Source of the DNA: Candidatus Bathyarchaeota archaeon
GTDB lineage: Archaea > Thermoproteota > Bathyarchaeia > Bathyarchaeales > Bathycorpusculaceae
Reading direction: 5' to 3'
NCBI GenBank assembly: GCA_963775685.1
Contig: CAVZJV010000014.1
Location: 1,280,001-1,344,000 of the forward strand
DNA length: 64,000 bases
Of the stretch, positions 30,673 through 41,418 are shown piece by piece. Position 1 is the first letter of the stretch, and every line of letters begins with the position of its first letter. The notes below the pieces were generated by a model. The model ran no database searches. It worked only from the letters and a program-made list of their open reading frames with translations, and was not told the origin of the DNA. The position numbers were made by a program, and so were the translations under genes.

Positions 30673-31248
30673 CTAAAGTGTGCATCTTTTCAGAACTGGA
30701 ATCGTGGCAATTTCATGTGCCCAAGCTTCAATAATATTCCAGTCTCTCGTATCACTTACTTTACTAGTATCCAAACCTTTCTTGCGCAAACTTTTCCGGT
30801 TAACTCTAACAAGAACATCAACAAATAGACCATGGCTTGTGCTGAAATCCAGAAACCCCCCAAATAAACCAAATCCAACAGGTTTTAACCCGAATTGTTC
30901 AGCTGTTTTTTCCAAATAAAGCTTTTTTGCTTTTTCCTGAGACTCTTGTTTCCCGCCAGCCATCTGGCAACTTACAAACAAAGCGGTCTTCTTGGTCCGG
31001 AGCGACGCTGCATTTTTTCCAATGAAATTAAGGGCTTCCTTCGTCCATTTATCAGCTCTTATTCCGCTCCCCACTATGACGAAATCGTATGAATCAACGT
31101 TTTGAGGGCTCCGTTTGGCATCGACAACATTAACGCTATAGCCTTCAGCTTTTAGTGTTGCCCCAATTTTTTCTGCAACCTTGACGGTGCCACCCCATCT
31201 CGAGCCGTAAATTACAAGGGTCTTCATAATCTTTTCACGCTTAAACAA
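30673..31248 (-). CDS. Flavodoxin-domain protein (HemG-like)
   Basis: Motifs YGSRWGGTVKVAE, VIVGSGI and DTRDWNIIEAWA. Confidence 0.85.
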   Translation of the reverse strand: MFKREKIMKTLVIYGSRWGGTVKVAEKIGATLKAEGYSVNVVDAKRSPQNVDSYDFVIVGSGIRADKWTKEALNFIGKNAASLRTKKTALFVSCQMAGGKQESQEKAKKLYLEKTAEQFGLKPVGFGLFGGFLDFSTSHGLFVDVLVRVNRKSLRKKGLDTSKVSDTRDWNIIEAWAHEIATIPVLKRCTL

Positions 31249-31329
31249 CTATCATTTAATAGGTTCTAAGTGAAGAGATTTATTAATCATATCATAATGA
31301 ACCTGCAAATTACATTTCATTTGATGGGA

Positions 31330-31854
31330 TGATGGTACTGAGTATTATGGTGCTGCTAGGCTGTTGCCAGAACTATGAATAATATAATTCAACAGACGAG
31401 AGACAATATAACTCTGAGGGAGCGAAGGTTGCTACTATGATAGTTTATGAACCTTCAATGTCCGGTGTCCAATTTTAAAGGGACATATACCCTGCTGGAG
31501 CCGTTTGTAGTTGTGCCGATGCTTTTTTGGTTGCCGTTTGAATCTATAACGTCAATTGTTCTTGTCACCGATTGGGTTTGTTGGTTTTAGCTTTTGTCGG
31601 TATAAATATTCCATCCATGGGCTTTGGCTACCGAACGACACCTCTGGGGAAACGGGTTGCTTGAGCCCGCTAGCTTTGTGCCTGCTGCGATGTTGATAAC
31701 TGTATTTCTCTTAACTAAAGGAGTACCGAAAGAGCTTCAAAATAAGTGCCGAAACAATTAAGGCACATAATCCTTTTGCTAACACATTGGATTTGGCAAT
31801 AGCAGTTCGGGACGATGTGTTTCCACGAATAAGTCATTGTTCAGGCGAATGCTC
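31330..31854 (-). pseudogene. Heavily decayed third copy of the beta-propeller surface-protein C-terminal region
   Basis: Fragments EHSPEQ, TVINIAAGTK, RFPRG, WMEYLY.QK, IDVIDSNGNQKSIGTTT and WTPDIEG are readable across frameshifts. Confidence 0.7.
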
Positions 31855-31904
31855 AAAAATTGAGCAGAAAAATTAGGGATTAAATCCCTAGCTTTATTTT
31901 CAGG

Positions 31905-33350
31905 CTATTCTCCAAGGATCCTACGGAACGCCGGGAACATTTCTGCAGCTCGCTCACGCATTAACAGTTCATAGTATTGATAGATTATACCTACTGAAAG
32001 CAAGATACCTGTGCCTGAACCAAAGGCACCAAAAAAGTCTGAAAGCCCAGCCACAAGCCCGACGATGATGCCACCTAATACGGTCACCACTGGAATGTAA
32101 CGTTTAAGGATTGCTTCTATAGGTCTTCCTGAACGTCTATAACCCGGAATTTGCATACCGCTATCCATGAGTTGCTTTGCTACTTTTGCAGGTCCTAAAC
32201 CACCGACTTCAAGCCAAATCAACGAGAAAATAGCGCAGAAGACTATGATAATACCAAGGTACGCAGCCGCTTGTAGAGGCGCTCCTATGACACCTTGTAT
32301 ATTTCTGGGTGCTGTTACGTAGTATGCTAAGCCGCCTACAGTTTGGACACTAGTTTGACCATTAGTGCCAATTGTTTGGTTGTAGTCTCCTATTATTTGG
32401 AAGAATAAGTTGGTGCCCGGTGCAGGTCTCCCAAACTGGCTCCATAATAGCTGGCTGAAGAAATACACGTTCGCGAAAAGCGCTGAGGCGAAGATAACTG
32501 GCAAGTTTGAGACGTACATGAGTTTGATCGGGTATCTACTGCGGAAACCCTTGTAGCCAGCGTAACTCATTGGAAGCTCAATTCTGACGCCTTGCAAGTA
32601 AATGACTATCAGGAATACTGCTATTGTAGCGATCAAACCAAGCACTGAGGGGTATATTCCTCCGGCTGAGCCAAAAACATAGGTTACCGCCGGATTTCCG
32701 ATGTCAAATGGTGCAGCGTGCCCCAAGTAAGCTGAAAGGGCGCCAACGAATAGACCATTTGGCGGCGAGAAAGTAGACCAAAGAATGTTCTGGGCAACGC
32801 CTGCCATTATAAATAGACTGATTCCACTGCCTAGCCCCCATCCTTTCTGTACGAGTTCATCCATCAGCATAACGATTACTCCCGCGGCTAGTAATTGAAT
32901 GAATATAGCCAGTATTGTTGGTCCGGCAAGGCTTGGACCATACATGCCGCTTAAGATGTATGCACCCGCTTGTATACCGGTAAGTACAATGCTGAAGACT
33001 TTGCTTGCTGAGGTAAAGAGTCCTCTGTCTTCAGAGTTTGACATATCACATTTGATGATTGATGAGCCTGCAAGGAGCTGCAGGATTAATCCAGCCGTAA
33101 CGATGGGACCAATACCTAACTCCATTAGTGTCCCACGGTTAGAGGCGAAAATTACTCTTAATGATCCGAAATTGTCGGATGCTGATTGTGCAACCCCATA
33201 GAGGGGAACCTCAGTCATGACAAGGAAAACAACAAGAACTAATGCTGTCCAGAAGATTTTTTCGTTAAAGCTAACTTTGCGTTCAGGTTTCTTTATTTCT
33301 GGCAGAACTCTTCCGATAGGTTTGAAGAGGCTGAGGAATCTTCCAGGCAT
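31905..33350 (-). CDS. secY: Preprotein translocase subunit SecY
   Basis: Motifs LMELGIGPIVTAG, KGWGLGSGISLFI, YPIKLMYVSNLP and GSGTGILL. Confidence 0.98.
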   Translation of the reverse strand: MPGRFLSLFKPIGRVLPEIKKPERKVSFNEKIFWTALVLVVFLVMTEVPLYGVAQSASDNFGSLRVIFASNRGTLMELGIGPIVTAGLILQLLAGSSIIKCDMSNSEDRGLFTSASKVFSIVLTGIQAGAYILSGMYGPSLAGPTILAIFIQLLAAGVIVMLMDELVQKGWGLGSGISLFIMAGVAQNILWSTFSPPNGLFVGALSAYLGHAAPFDIGNPAVTYVFGSAGGIYPSVLGLIATIAVFLIVIYLQGVRIELPMSYAGYKGFRSRYPIKLMYVSNLPVIFASALFANVYFFSQLLWSQFGRPAPGTNLFFQIIGDYNQTIGTNGQTSVQTVGGLAYYVTAPRNIQGVIGAPLQAAAYLGIIIVFCAIFSLIWLEVGGLGPAKVAKQLMDSGMQIPGYRRSGRPIEAILKRYIPVVTVLGGIIVGLVAGLSDFFGAFGSGTGILLSVGIIYQYYELLMRERAAEMFPAFRRILGE

Positions 33351-33359
33351 TTAGGTGTT

Positions 33360-33770
33360 TTACTCTCCGTTAATTTGGGGAGCGACGATTTTTCCGCCTG
33401 CTTGCTTGATCTTTTCTGCTGCGGATTTTGAGCATGAAGCTACTTGCACGGTTAGGGGTTTAGTTATTTTTCCTGTGCCTAAGAGTTTGGTGTAGCCGAG
33501 TTCGGTTAGGTTGACTTCGGATCCTTGCGCGAGTTGGTCGAGTTTGCCCAAGTTGATTACGTTTACTTTAGTATGCAAGCTTTTGGGTGAGGTGAAACCG
33601 TGTTTTCCGAAGTAATTAGGTTCGGATGTGACGATTAAACTCCAAAGGTGTTTGTGGCGTCCGACTTTTCTTGCGCCTTTGCTACCTGAGTCTCTATGTT
33701 GACCTATTCTTCCGTAACCCTGGGTTCTTGAGCCTCTCGTTTTCCTGATTTTTCTAAGTTTATGTGGCAT
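33360..33770 (-). CDS. rpl15: 50S ribosomal protein uL15
   Basis: Motifs RGSRTQGYG, YFGKHGF, KLLGTG and SAAEKIKQAGG. Confidence 0.96.
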   Translation of the reverse strand: MPHKLRKIRKTRGSRTQGYGRIGQHRDSGSKGARKVGRHKHLWSLIVTSEPNYFGKHGFTSPKSLHTKVNVINLGKLDQLAQGSEVNLTELGYTKLLGTGKITKPLTVQVASCSKSAAEKIKQAGGKIVAPQINGE

Positions 33771-33771
33771 T

Positions 33772-34200
33772 TTAGTCCGCTTCTTTATCGAGTGTTTGTG
33801 CTTTTTTAAGCTTGATTTCCAGCACGCCGTTCTTGAACTTAGTGTGCATTGCGTCTGGAATCACTACCGTCGGCAAATTTAAACTTTTATAGTATCTTCG
33901 TTCTTTTGATTTTGCCGACAGCGTAATTTTTTGGTCTTTCACATTTATTTTGAGGGTTTCCTTATTAAAGCCTACTATTTCTGCTACGATTGTGATATAG
34001 CCGTTTTCTTGGAAGATATCGATTAAGGGCTTGTCTTCAACTATGTTGCGTTTGGTGTAGCTTTTAGGTGAACGAAAACTTTGAGCAGGCATAGTTTTTA
34101 ACCGCTGAGTTTTCTGGGTTGATTTTGGTCTTTTGTTTTTTAAACCGTTAAAATCTAGCCATTTACGGTTCTTGCAGGTTCGTCTCCACTTTGCACTCAT
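33772..34200 (-). CDS. Hsp20/alpha-crystallin family protein
   Basis: Motifs PLIDIFQE, YYKSLNLP and FKNGVLEIKLKK. Confidence 0.85.
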   Translation of the reverse strand: MSAKWRRTCKNRKWLDFNGLKNKRPKSTQKTQRLKTMPAQSFRSPKSYTKRNIVEDKPLIDIFQENGYITIVAEIVGFNKETLKINVKDQKITLSAKSKERRYYKSLNLPTVVIPDAMHTKFKNGVLEIKLKKAQTLDKEAD

Positions 34201-34807
34201 GTATCTTTCCCCTCCGATTAACTAACGAATTTCTCTAATGACATTATAAAACGTATCGCACATAAAGGGTGACAAATTACCTAAACAACAAGATATAAAT
34301 AATTCGTGAAAACAGCGATTGGGTCGATAATTTTCGGGAAAAAGCTCTTCTGCTTCGGGAAATCTGGTCTACTTATATGCTCAACAGCTGATACGGCTTG
34401 AAATGTTAATGATTTGTGTGTTTGTTGGAAATATAGGTAGGTTAGGTATTGTTTGCCATAGTAATCACATTTTTTTATCCTTGCGGGTTTTGTTTGGGAA
34501 AAGCGCTACCTCGCCAACTTGACCCCACATCTCTAATATACAGATTCAAGACTAATTAACTTTGTTTGAAAGCCTTGGATTTAGTCATAAAAATCATCCT
34601 CAACATAAAACTACTCACTCACCCTATAGTCAACTCGTGAAACAGCAAATTCCAAACTTCCTATCGCTACGGGAACCCAACAAAACCTTGCATGTGACAA
34701 TTGTCGAAAACCTTATTGAGGGTCTATTATCATTTAGAATTGAGTTTGTAGGTGAAATTTTTTGGGTCTTTTTGGTCATAAAACACAGGCTAAAATTATG
34801 TTAACTA

Positions 34808-35229
34808 ATGATGTGATTACGAAGTGTCAATGTCGAAAATGCCCGGTTCAGATGGACAGCGAAGTGCTAAATCCAAGATAATTGCAAGAAATAAAATGAT
34901 TGTAACTTGAAATTTGGAAAATTGCAGAATATGTTGAGTCCTGGAAATGATGAAGACTATGGAAACGATTGAACATGGCTAAAGAACGGATGAAAAGCGT
35001 AAGTGATGAAATGATTAAGAACACACCGAAAAGGATGCATTCAAAATAGATATCTAAAATTGAAGACAGCCCTGAACCTTACTGTGCCAATGGCGAAGCT
35101 TTCTGCAAAGAACTGATTTAACATACGTGTATTTGCCCCGGCTGCCAAGTTCTTTTTATTCCAAATTAATCTTACTACATGCATACGCTTTGCTTTGTTA
35201 AAGGTTACTTTGTATCTTGGAGCATTAAG
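34808..35229 (+). pseudogene. Decayed Cys-rich (DUF2769-like) gene
   Basis: Fragments KCQCRKCPVQ, PYCANGEAFCKE and TCICPGCQV are separated by stops and frameshifts. Confidence 0.5.
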
Positions 35230-35282
35230 CGAAGAAAAACCTTGAATAAATAAACAAATGATTGATAAACGCTGGTGGCTGT

Positions 35283-35771
35283 TTAGACCATGCGTTGTAC
35301 TAGTGCGTTGATTGCTTCCCCGCGGTAGCCTGCTTCGCCGCCTGCATTGAAGCCTTTCTTGGTTTTGCCCTTGTAGCCTTTGCTTGGCGGATGCAGTCGG
35401 AAACGTGCTTGTATATCGGGGAGTTTGCCATATTGTACTTTGCAGCTGACTATGCCTTCCGCGAGGTCATCTACTGATTTGTAGCCAATTTTTGTAAGAT
35501 ACTCTTCGGTTAGCTTTTTGTCGCCTGCTAAGAGCGCGCGTTTCTGGATCATCATAGCAACGGTTTCTTTGGTGGGTTCGCCGTAGGTAACGTAGCTGTT
35601 TATGCGTTGCAACATGCCTTTATAGGCTGGTCGACTATCAATTAGGATTGCATGGTTTGTGTGGCTCAAATGGAGCAGGTTAAGGGTTTCTCTTGCTTCA
35701 CGCTGTGCGCTGACTATTCCTCGGATCCTTACTACAACAAGGGGCTTATATTCTTCTATTTTCTGTGACAT
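35283..35771 (-). CDS. rpl30: 50S ribosomal protein uL30
   Basis: Motifs VVRIRG, YVTYGE, FRLHPPSKG and GYRGEAIN. Confidence 0.96.
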   Translation of the reverse strand: MSQKIEEYKPLVVVRIRGIVSAQREARETLNLLHLSHTNHAILIDSRPAYKGMLQRINSYVTYGEPTKETVAMMIQKRALLAGDKKLTEEYLTKIGYKSVDDLAEGIVSCKVQYGKLPDIQARFRLHPPSKGYKGKTKKGFNAGGEAGYRGEAINALVQRMV

Positions 35772-35773
35772 TT

Positions 35774-36430
35774 TTATTTCACCCAATCCACTTGAGTAAT
35801 CAAATTATAAGTCTTCCGCATTCCATCAAAAATTGCACATGCATAAGACGGAACTGTCCTTGTTGAACCGTAACTTCTCATCCAGAGATCTTTGACACCG
35901 GCTAATCCTAAGATGACTTTCGCAACTTCGCTTGAAACCAAACCTAATCCTCTGGGGCCAGGAACGATTACTACTCGGACACCGCCGCATTTCCCTTCCA
36001 CTTCGAATGGAACAGAGTGTGGCTTACCGCAACCGCATTCCCAGCTTCCGCATCCGCGTTTAACTGGGATGATGTTTAGTCGGGCGTTCACTGCTGCTTT
36101 TTCGATGGCGTTTCGGACTTGGCTAGCTTTTCCGCTGCCTAAACCGACGTAGCCGTCTTTGTTTCCGACTGCAACTATGGCTTTAAAACGTGATTTTTCG
36201 CCTGCGTCAGTTTGCTTCTGAACTAGGTTAACGTTTATGACTTCCTCTTGAAGGTCAGGAATCAATGAATCAACAATTTGTGATTCAGAAATTTTTATTC
36301 CAGCCAGGAAAAGGTCTTCCATACTTGTTATTTTGCCTTCCTGAATCATCTTGCCCAACCTGGTTTTCGGAACCCAAGCTTCTAGGTTAGTTGTGCGTTT
36401 TTCTCTTTCGTTTCGATTTCGGTTACTCAT
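35774..36430 (-). CDS. rps5: 30S ribosomal protein uS5
   Basis: Motifs WVPKTRLG, VQKQTDAG and RGCGSWECGC. Confidence 0.98.
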   Translation of the reverse strand: MSNRNRNEREKRTTNLEAWVPKTRLGKMIQEGKITSMEDLFLAGIKISESQIVDSLIPDLQEEVINVNLVQKQTDAGEKSRFKAIVAVGNKDGYVGLGSGKASQVRNAIEKAAVNARLNIIPVKRGCGSWECGCGKPHSVPFEVEGKCGGVRVVIVPGPRGLGLVSSEVAKVILGLAGVKDLWMRSYGSTRTVPSYACAIFDGMRKTYNLITQVDWVK

Positions 36431-37279
36431 TTTTTCTTTCCACCTTTATTAGCACCCTTTTTTTTAGGGGCTTTGGCTTTGGGTTCAGCTTCAGTTTTTG
36501 CTTTGGCAACTTTCGCTTTGGTTGCTTTTTCTTTTGGCGCCTCCCTAGAGAAGGCTTTTTCGCTAAGAGCAGCTTTAAATGCAGCTTTTTCCTTGGGAGC
36601 AGCTAGCTTTAGCTTTTAAAGCCACTTCTTTGGGGGCTTTTTCTTTTGGCGCAGCTTTCGGTGCGGGAGGAGCTTCTTCAGCCACTTTGGCACCCTTAAA
36701 AGAAGCCACTATGTCAGCCTTAACTTTACTTACGTGCTCAGCTATCTTTTCTGGGTCAATACCTTTTGCTTTGTACTGAGTGAATTTTGCTGTATATTCC
36801 TCTGATCCTGCGCCTAAGTTTTTAGCATATTTAGCTATGTGTTCGCCTTTCACGCGTTCTTTAACAATTTTTTCTTCGCTGTGGGGGACTTCCACGCCGG
36901 CGTCGACTACTCCGCTAAGAACAGCGAAGGTTCTTGAGCCCTTCGTAGGAGAAACCAAGCCGAGGTCAAGGATTGCTTCAGTTATGCCTGCGGCTTTTGC
37001 CTTCAAACCGACCAGTAACCCTGTCAGATAGGCTGCTGGAATGTTGCCTGTTGGAGCCTTCCAACCATATTTTTTGATGAGTTCTCTGCTGTTGGCTGCT
37101 GTCAAAACCTCATCGCCATGGGGCTTAGCAATTATTATTTGTGCTTCAACGTTCTTGAGGGATGCCCTTGTGACAAGCCTTGGTTTTCTGGATGCAACAA
37201 GAGCCTTGCGTGCTTGGTAATCGGTTTTTCCTTCGCGTCTGCGTCTTAGTTGTACTCGGTAACTTGCATTTTTCGCCAT
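36427..37279 (-). CDS. rpl18: 50S ribosomal protein uL18 with K/A/P-rich tail (frameshift near 36603)
   Basis: Motifs RRRREGKTDY and NIPAAYLTG. The tail resumes as AAPKEKAAFK...KKKGANKGGKKK*, overlapping the uS5 start (ATGA). Confidence 0.93.
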
Positions 37280-37735
37280 TTAACGTTTCCTCCATAAATC
37301 ATGAGCTTTCAAGCTTCGCTCTAATTCAGCAATAGACTCAAACCTGCCGCTTCCCGCCATTCTATAATATTGGGTGTAGGTGGTTTCAGTTATGACTTTT
37401 CTCGCTTTCAAATCTCGGAGCTTCCGTCTTAATGAACGGATTTTTATCATCCAAGCTTCTTTTTTGGTGACCTTTGCGTATCCGGCGCCTTTTAGACTTC
37501 CTGGACCGCTACGTCTACCTTTAAGCTTTTTTGCTCGGATAACTTTTGCTCGGGACCTGCTGACGCCTTGCTGTGGCAACGAAACGATGATTTTCTCGTG
37601 AATCAGCTTTCTGACTTCTTCACGTGTAATCGCGCCTTCAACGTCATCCATGCGATCGGGATTTATCCAAACGCGGTTTTTCCCAATCTTTAAGATTTGA
37701 GCAGCTAGACGTCTTTGTCCGGCTAAGTCAGTCAT
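37280..37735 (-). CDS. rpl19e: 50S ribosomal protein eL19
   Basis: Motifs QRRLAA, RVWINP, AITREEVR and GRRSGPGS. Confidence 0.97.
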   Translation of the reverse strand: MTDLAGQRRLAAQILKIGKNRVWINPDRMDDVEGAITREEVRKLIHEKIIVSLPQQGVSRSRAKVIRAKKLKGRRSGPGSLKGAGYAKVTKKEAWMIKIRSLRRKLRDLKARKVITETTYTQYYRMAGSGRFESIAELERSLKAHDLWRKR

Positions 37736-38289
37736 TGTTTCTGTTCTCCCTTCTTAGGCTTGGTTTGTTTAGGGGCTTTCTTTTTGGTTTCTTTCTTTGG
37801 CTTTTTCTCTTCTTTTGGAGCTTTCTGCTCTACCGCTTCTGCCTCTGGCTCTTCGCCGTCAGCTTCTTCGGTTTTCTCCTCTTCGATTTCCTTTGAAACT
37901 CTAAGGTTTAAGAGTTTTATGTTAAGTTTCTTTGCTTCTGCAATAATTAGAGCACGTTTTCTTTTGCCGACAGTGTGGGCGATGCGTGCGGCTTGTGTGT
38001 TTGGGTCAATTGTTGAGAGGTCTGCCACGTTAAAAACCATGACTTCGCGATATCCGGATGGATGAAGGAAACGGGCGCTTAGAGGTCCCTTGTAGCCTGT
38101 GCTTGGGCCTGGGGGCCAACCTTTAATTTTTCGGCGGATCTTGTTGTCTAATCCGCGGGGTTTTCGCCAGCTTAGGCTGAAACGGTCGTATTTCCAGCTC
38201 TCAGCCCTTACAAATTTGGGTTTTTTGTTTCTGGCGCGCGCTCTAAGTTTGAGTGCTTCGCGTGAGGGGAAAATTTTCTTTTCGGTCAT
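37732..38289 (-). CDS. rpl32e: 50S ribosomal protein eL32 with acidic/basic tail
   Basis: Motifs WRKPRGLDNKIR, HPSG and VGKRKR. Confidence 0.96.
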   Translation of the reverse strand: MTEKKIFPSREALKLRARARNKKPKFVRAESWKYDRFSLSWRKPRGLDNKIRRKIKGWPPGPSTGYKGPLSARFLHPSGYREVMVFNVADLSTIDPNTQAARIAHTVGKRKRALIIAEAKKLNIKLLNLRVSKEIEEEKTEEADGEEPEAEAVEQKAPKEEKKPKKETKKKAPKQTKPKKGEQKQ

Positions 38290-38834
38290 TATGCCATTCC
38301 TTCGTTTCTTTCATACACGTATATGCCATCAAGGAAAACACGGGGGTCCTTGTTTCGGACGCGTGTAGCCTGCTCAATGTTGGCGGCGGTTTGGCTGACT
38401 TCTTCCAAGTTTGCGCCTTCAACAATTATGTCGTCAGGTTCAATTTTTATTTTGACGCTGCCAATTAATTTTATTCTACGGGGCCTACGTTCGCCTGTAA
38501 AGTTTTCAATCAAGACAGATTTGTCTTGAAGTTTTACTGAGATTGGGAAGTGAGAGAAAACGATTTTGAGCTTGTATTGGTAGCCTTTGGTTACGCCGGT
38601 TATCATGTTGTTGATGTGTGAGTAGATGGTGCCTACTAGAGCAGCTTCCTTTTTGCGGGGCCACTTTGCGAAGATGCGAACGTTTTTTCCTTCGCCCTGT
38701 ATGGCTATTGGAGCAAACGAGAAGTCTCTTGTTAGTGAACCTTTGGTGCCTTTGACGCTAATTTTTTTGCCCTGTAAGCTTAGAGTTACGTCTTGTGGAA
38801 CTTGAACAGTTTTAGATATTTCTGGAAGCCGCAT
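38289..38834 (-). CDS. rpl6: 50S ribosomal protein uL6
   Basis: Motifs HINNMITGVTKG, SHFP and DPRVFLDGIY. Confidence 0.97.
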   Translation of the reverse strand: MRLPEISKTVQVPQDVTLSLQGKKISVKGTKGSLTRDFSFAPIAIQGEGKNVRIFAKWPRKKEAALVGTIYSHINNMITGVTKGYQYKLKIVFSHFPISVKLQDKSVLIENFTGERRPRRIKLIGSVKIKIEPDDIIVEGANLEEVSQTAANIEQATRVRNKDPRVFLDGIYVYERNEGMA

Positions 38835-38846
38835 AAAATACACTCC

Positions 38847-39230
38847 TTAATACACGAAGGCTAAGAGCCTTCCTCCAAGGTTTTTCTCTTCAGCGTCTTT
38901 GTGGGCCATGACACCTTTGGATGTCGAAACAACCATTATGCCCACGTCTCTAGACGGCAGGAACTTCTTTTCCCAGTTTTCAAATTCGGTGGATTTGACG
39001 GCGAATCTTGGTTTGACAGGACCACACTTGTTTATTCTGCCTAGCAATTGGATTTTGAATTTTCCTTGTCGACCATCGTCGATAAATTCGAATTCGCCGA
39101 TGAAGCCATTAAGTTGCATGATGCGTAGGACGCGCCCCAAAAGTTTAGAGGCAGGGCTAATTATACATTCGCGTTTGTTACGTGTTTCGTTGTTTTTGAT
39201 GGTTATCAAACCATTTGTTAATGTATCCAT
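38847..39230 (-). CDS. rps8: 30S ribosomal protein uS8
   Basis: Motifs GRINKCG..KPRF, STSKGVM and GGRLLAFVY. Confidence 0.97.
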   Translation of the reverse strand: MDTLTNGLITIKNNETRNKRECIISPASKLLGRVLRIMQLNGFIGEFEFIDDGRQGKFKIQLLGRINKCGPVKPRFAVKSTEFENWEKKFLPSRDVGIMVVSTSKGVMAHKDAEEKNLGGRLLAFVY

Positions 39231-39244
39231 GTTTTTCTTAGCTC

Positions 39245-39409
39245 CTACTCATATTTTTTGAAACCTAATTTTGGGGCTGCTTCTCTAAAACAGTGCCTAC
39301 ATAGATATAAATTGTAACGTCGAATAACTGGTCCATACGAACCGCACCTAACACATGGGCGTGAACCTTTACCATATTTTCGTACTTTTTTAACTTGTTC
39401 TTTTCCCAT
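39245..39409 (-). CDS. rps14: 30S ribosomal protein uS14 (Zn-binding; missing from the ORF track)
   Basis: Manual translation: [54 protein letters not shown]. Confidence 0.96.
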   Translation of the reverse strand: MGKEQVKKVRKYGKGSRPCVRCGSYGPVIRRYNLYLCRHCFREAAPKLGFKKYE

Positions 39410-39425
39410 ACATTCACTCTCAAAT

Positions 39426-39965
39426 TTAGACGATTTCGACTCCTAAAGTTTGTTTAACAAAGACGATTGATTCTTCAGGCGTCAACAGGTGCTTTGGACC
39501 AATTGACTTGTTTTGTTTTCTACGAATCTTGATTCTTTGTCCAGGGCGGTTAATGGTGACGCAGACATCCATTCCGAAGATACCGATATCAGGGTCATAT
39601 TTTACCCCCGGAATTTCGATGTGTTCTTTTAAGCCAAAAGCAAAGTTGCCACGTTCATCAAACGCACGTTTCGAAACCTTGTTTTCCACAACTGGCAAAA
39701 CTTTTTTGAGAAAGGCAATTGCTTTTTCCTTACGTAAAGTTACCACGACGGCGATTGATTCGCCCTCGCGTATACCGAAGTCCCGTATTGTTTTCTTGGC
39801 TTTTCTCTTTACAGGTGTTTGACCAGTGATTTCTGATAGGACTTTGTTGGCTTTTTCGAGCGGTTCGCCTGATTTGCCGACGTTTAAGTTTACGACGACT
39901 TTGTCAATTCGTGGCCTTAGCATCGGATTCTGATTCCAGTTCTCAATCATTGTTTCTTCAGACAA
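39426..39965 (-). CDS. rpl5: 50S ribosomal protein uL5
   Basis: Motifs [12 protein letters not shown] and [20 protein letters not shown]. Confidence 0.98.
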   Translation of the reverse strand: MSEETMIENWNQNPMLRPRIDKVVVNLNVGKSGEPLEKANKVLSEITGQTPVKRKAKKTIRDFGIREGESIAVVVTLRKEKAIAFLKKVLPVVENKVSKRAFDERGNFAFGLKEHIEIPGVKYDPDIGIFGMDVCVTINRPGQRIKIRRKQNKSIGPKHLLTPEESIVFVKQTLGVEIV

Positions 39966-40722
39966 GTGCAGGTGCCTCCAATGTAGTTATGAGCGGTTCG
40001 GTTTCACCTATAGAGAAGATGAAATCTAGGATTGTTTGACAGCGTGCGCCTGTTGAGTCTTCGATGACTACTAGGGCTTGGCGGCGTTTTTTAGCTTCAG
40101 TCTTTTCGATTTCAACTATCTTTCCCTTTGTGCCGACGTTTTTTCCGCCCGTGATTATTGCCATGTTACCTTCTTTTGTTTTGAGACTTTGAACTACTTG
40201 TTTTTCTGGATAGGTAACTTTGAGTACGTCGAATGTTTCGTATGTTACTTCATGTGGGTTTTTGGGGTCAACGACTTTTATGAGTATGTTTGTGCCGTTG
40301 TGAAGTGCAATTTGGACGCCATTGTGAACGGTATTTTTGTCCTCAACACGAACTAGTGTAATGTGGGATTCTTCTTTGCTTATTGGAGCTAAAATCAACC
40401 CTTTGTGTGAGGGCATGATGCGATAGTATTTATCCATCTCAGGCATCGAGATGACATCCATTAATCCGACAGGTATGTCGTCTTTTTTGCAGATTTTACC
40501 GTTAACTAAAACTTTGCCTTGAGCAAGGATCAATTTGTCTTCTTTGCGTGTTTGTGCAACACCAAGGATGTCACGTAGAACCAGAGTTAAAGGTAGACAG
40601 CTGTTTAGTGAATGTGAACCTGACGAGGGCTTTGCTACCCACGGCAACTCTTTTCTGTGAATCGGCCAGAATGCTGGAGCTGGCTTACGTTTCAGCCTTG
40701 CAGTTTTTCCTTTTTTACCCAT
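39958..40722 (-). CDS. rps4e: 30S ribosomal protein eS4
   Basis: Motifs LKRKPAPAFWPI, PVGLMDVIS and ITGGKNVG. Confidence 0.96.
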   Translation of the reverse strand: MGKKGKTARLKRKPAPAFWPIHRKELPWVAKPSSGSHSLNSCLPLTLVLRDILGVAQTRKEDKLILAQGKVLVNGKICKKDDIPVGLMDVISMPEMDKYYRIMPSHKGLILAPISKEESHITLVRVEDKNTVHNGVQIALHNGTNILIKVVDPKNPHEVTYETFDVLKVTYPEKQVVQSLKTKEGNMAIITGGKNVGTKGKIVEIEKTEAKKRRQALVVIEDSTGARCQTILDFIFSIGETEPLITTLEAPALV

Positions 40723-40724
40723 TT

Positions 40725-41408
40725 TTATTGTTCTCCTTTAGTTTTATCAGAAGCTTTCTTAGCCTTTGCTTTTGGCGCGGCTTCTTTTTCCTCTGTCTTT
40801 TTTGCGGCTGGTGCCTTCTTTGCTGCTGTCGTAGGCTTTCCTGCTTTTTTTGCAACTGGAGTTTTTTCTATTTTCTCCGGTGCTTCTTTCTTAGCGGTAG
40901 ATTTCTTTGCAGGTGTTTTTGGCGCCTCTTCTTCTTTTACTGGTTCCTCTTCTTTAACTTCTTCAACCTTAGCTGGTGCTTTTTGAGATTTCTTTTCTTG
41001 TTTAGCCTTTGGTTTTTCGGCTTTCACCGGTTTTTCAACTGCCTTCTTTCTTTCAAGGATATTCTTGCGCCATTTATCGTCAAGGTTGAGACTACGTATT
41101 TGGACTTTAGAGGGATGAACAGAGATGAAGATGTTTGTTCCATCAACTTTTTCCCGTGTTAATCCTTCAAGGTAAATTCGGTAAGCTTTGAGGTCAACAC
41201 GTGAAATTTTGCCTTCAAACCCCTTGTTGTCGCCGCGTTTGATCTGGACTGTATCGCCTTTTCGAACTGGTAGAGTTTTTACTCCTCTTGATGAGGCAAG
41301 TTCATTTGATAAAGATGCTGCCATAAGTTTATGGCGTATGTGAGCAGGAGCGTTGAAGAGTCTTTTCCTTTGTTTGCCAGGGTTCTTTATTCGTTTTGTT
41401 TCTTGCAT
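40725..41408 (-). CDS. rpl24: 50S ribosomal protein uL24 with ~100-aa K/A/E/P-rich tail
   Basis: Motifs PGKQRK, LPVRKGDTVQIKRG and HPSKV. Confidence 0.96.
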   Translation of the reverse strand: MQETKRIKNPGKQRKRLFNAPAHIRHKLMAASLSNELASSRGVKTLPVRKGDTVQIKRGDNKGFEGKISRVDLKAYRIYLEGLTREKVDGTNIFISVHPSKVQIRSLNLDDKWRKNILERKKAVEKPVKAEKPKAKQEKKSQKAPAKVEEVKEEEPVKEEEAPKTPAKKSTAKKEAPEKIEKTPVAKKAGKPTTAAKKAPAAKKTEEKEAAPKAKAKKASDKTKGEQ

Positions 41409-41418
41409 TATTTTTCAC

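Noticed and set aside
40548-41162. Long plus-strand ORFs opposite ribosomal, ftsZ and hyp genes (e.g. 40548, 44831, 48293)
   Set aside because: These are antisense shadows of well-supported genes, favoured by low-complexity tails and codon bias.
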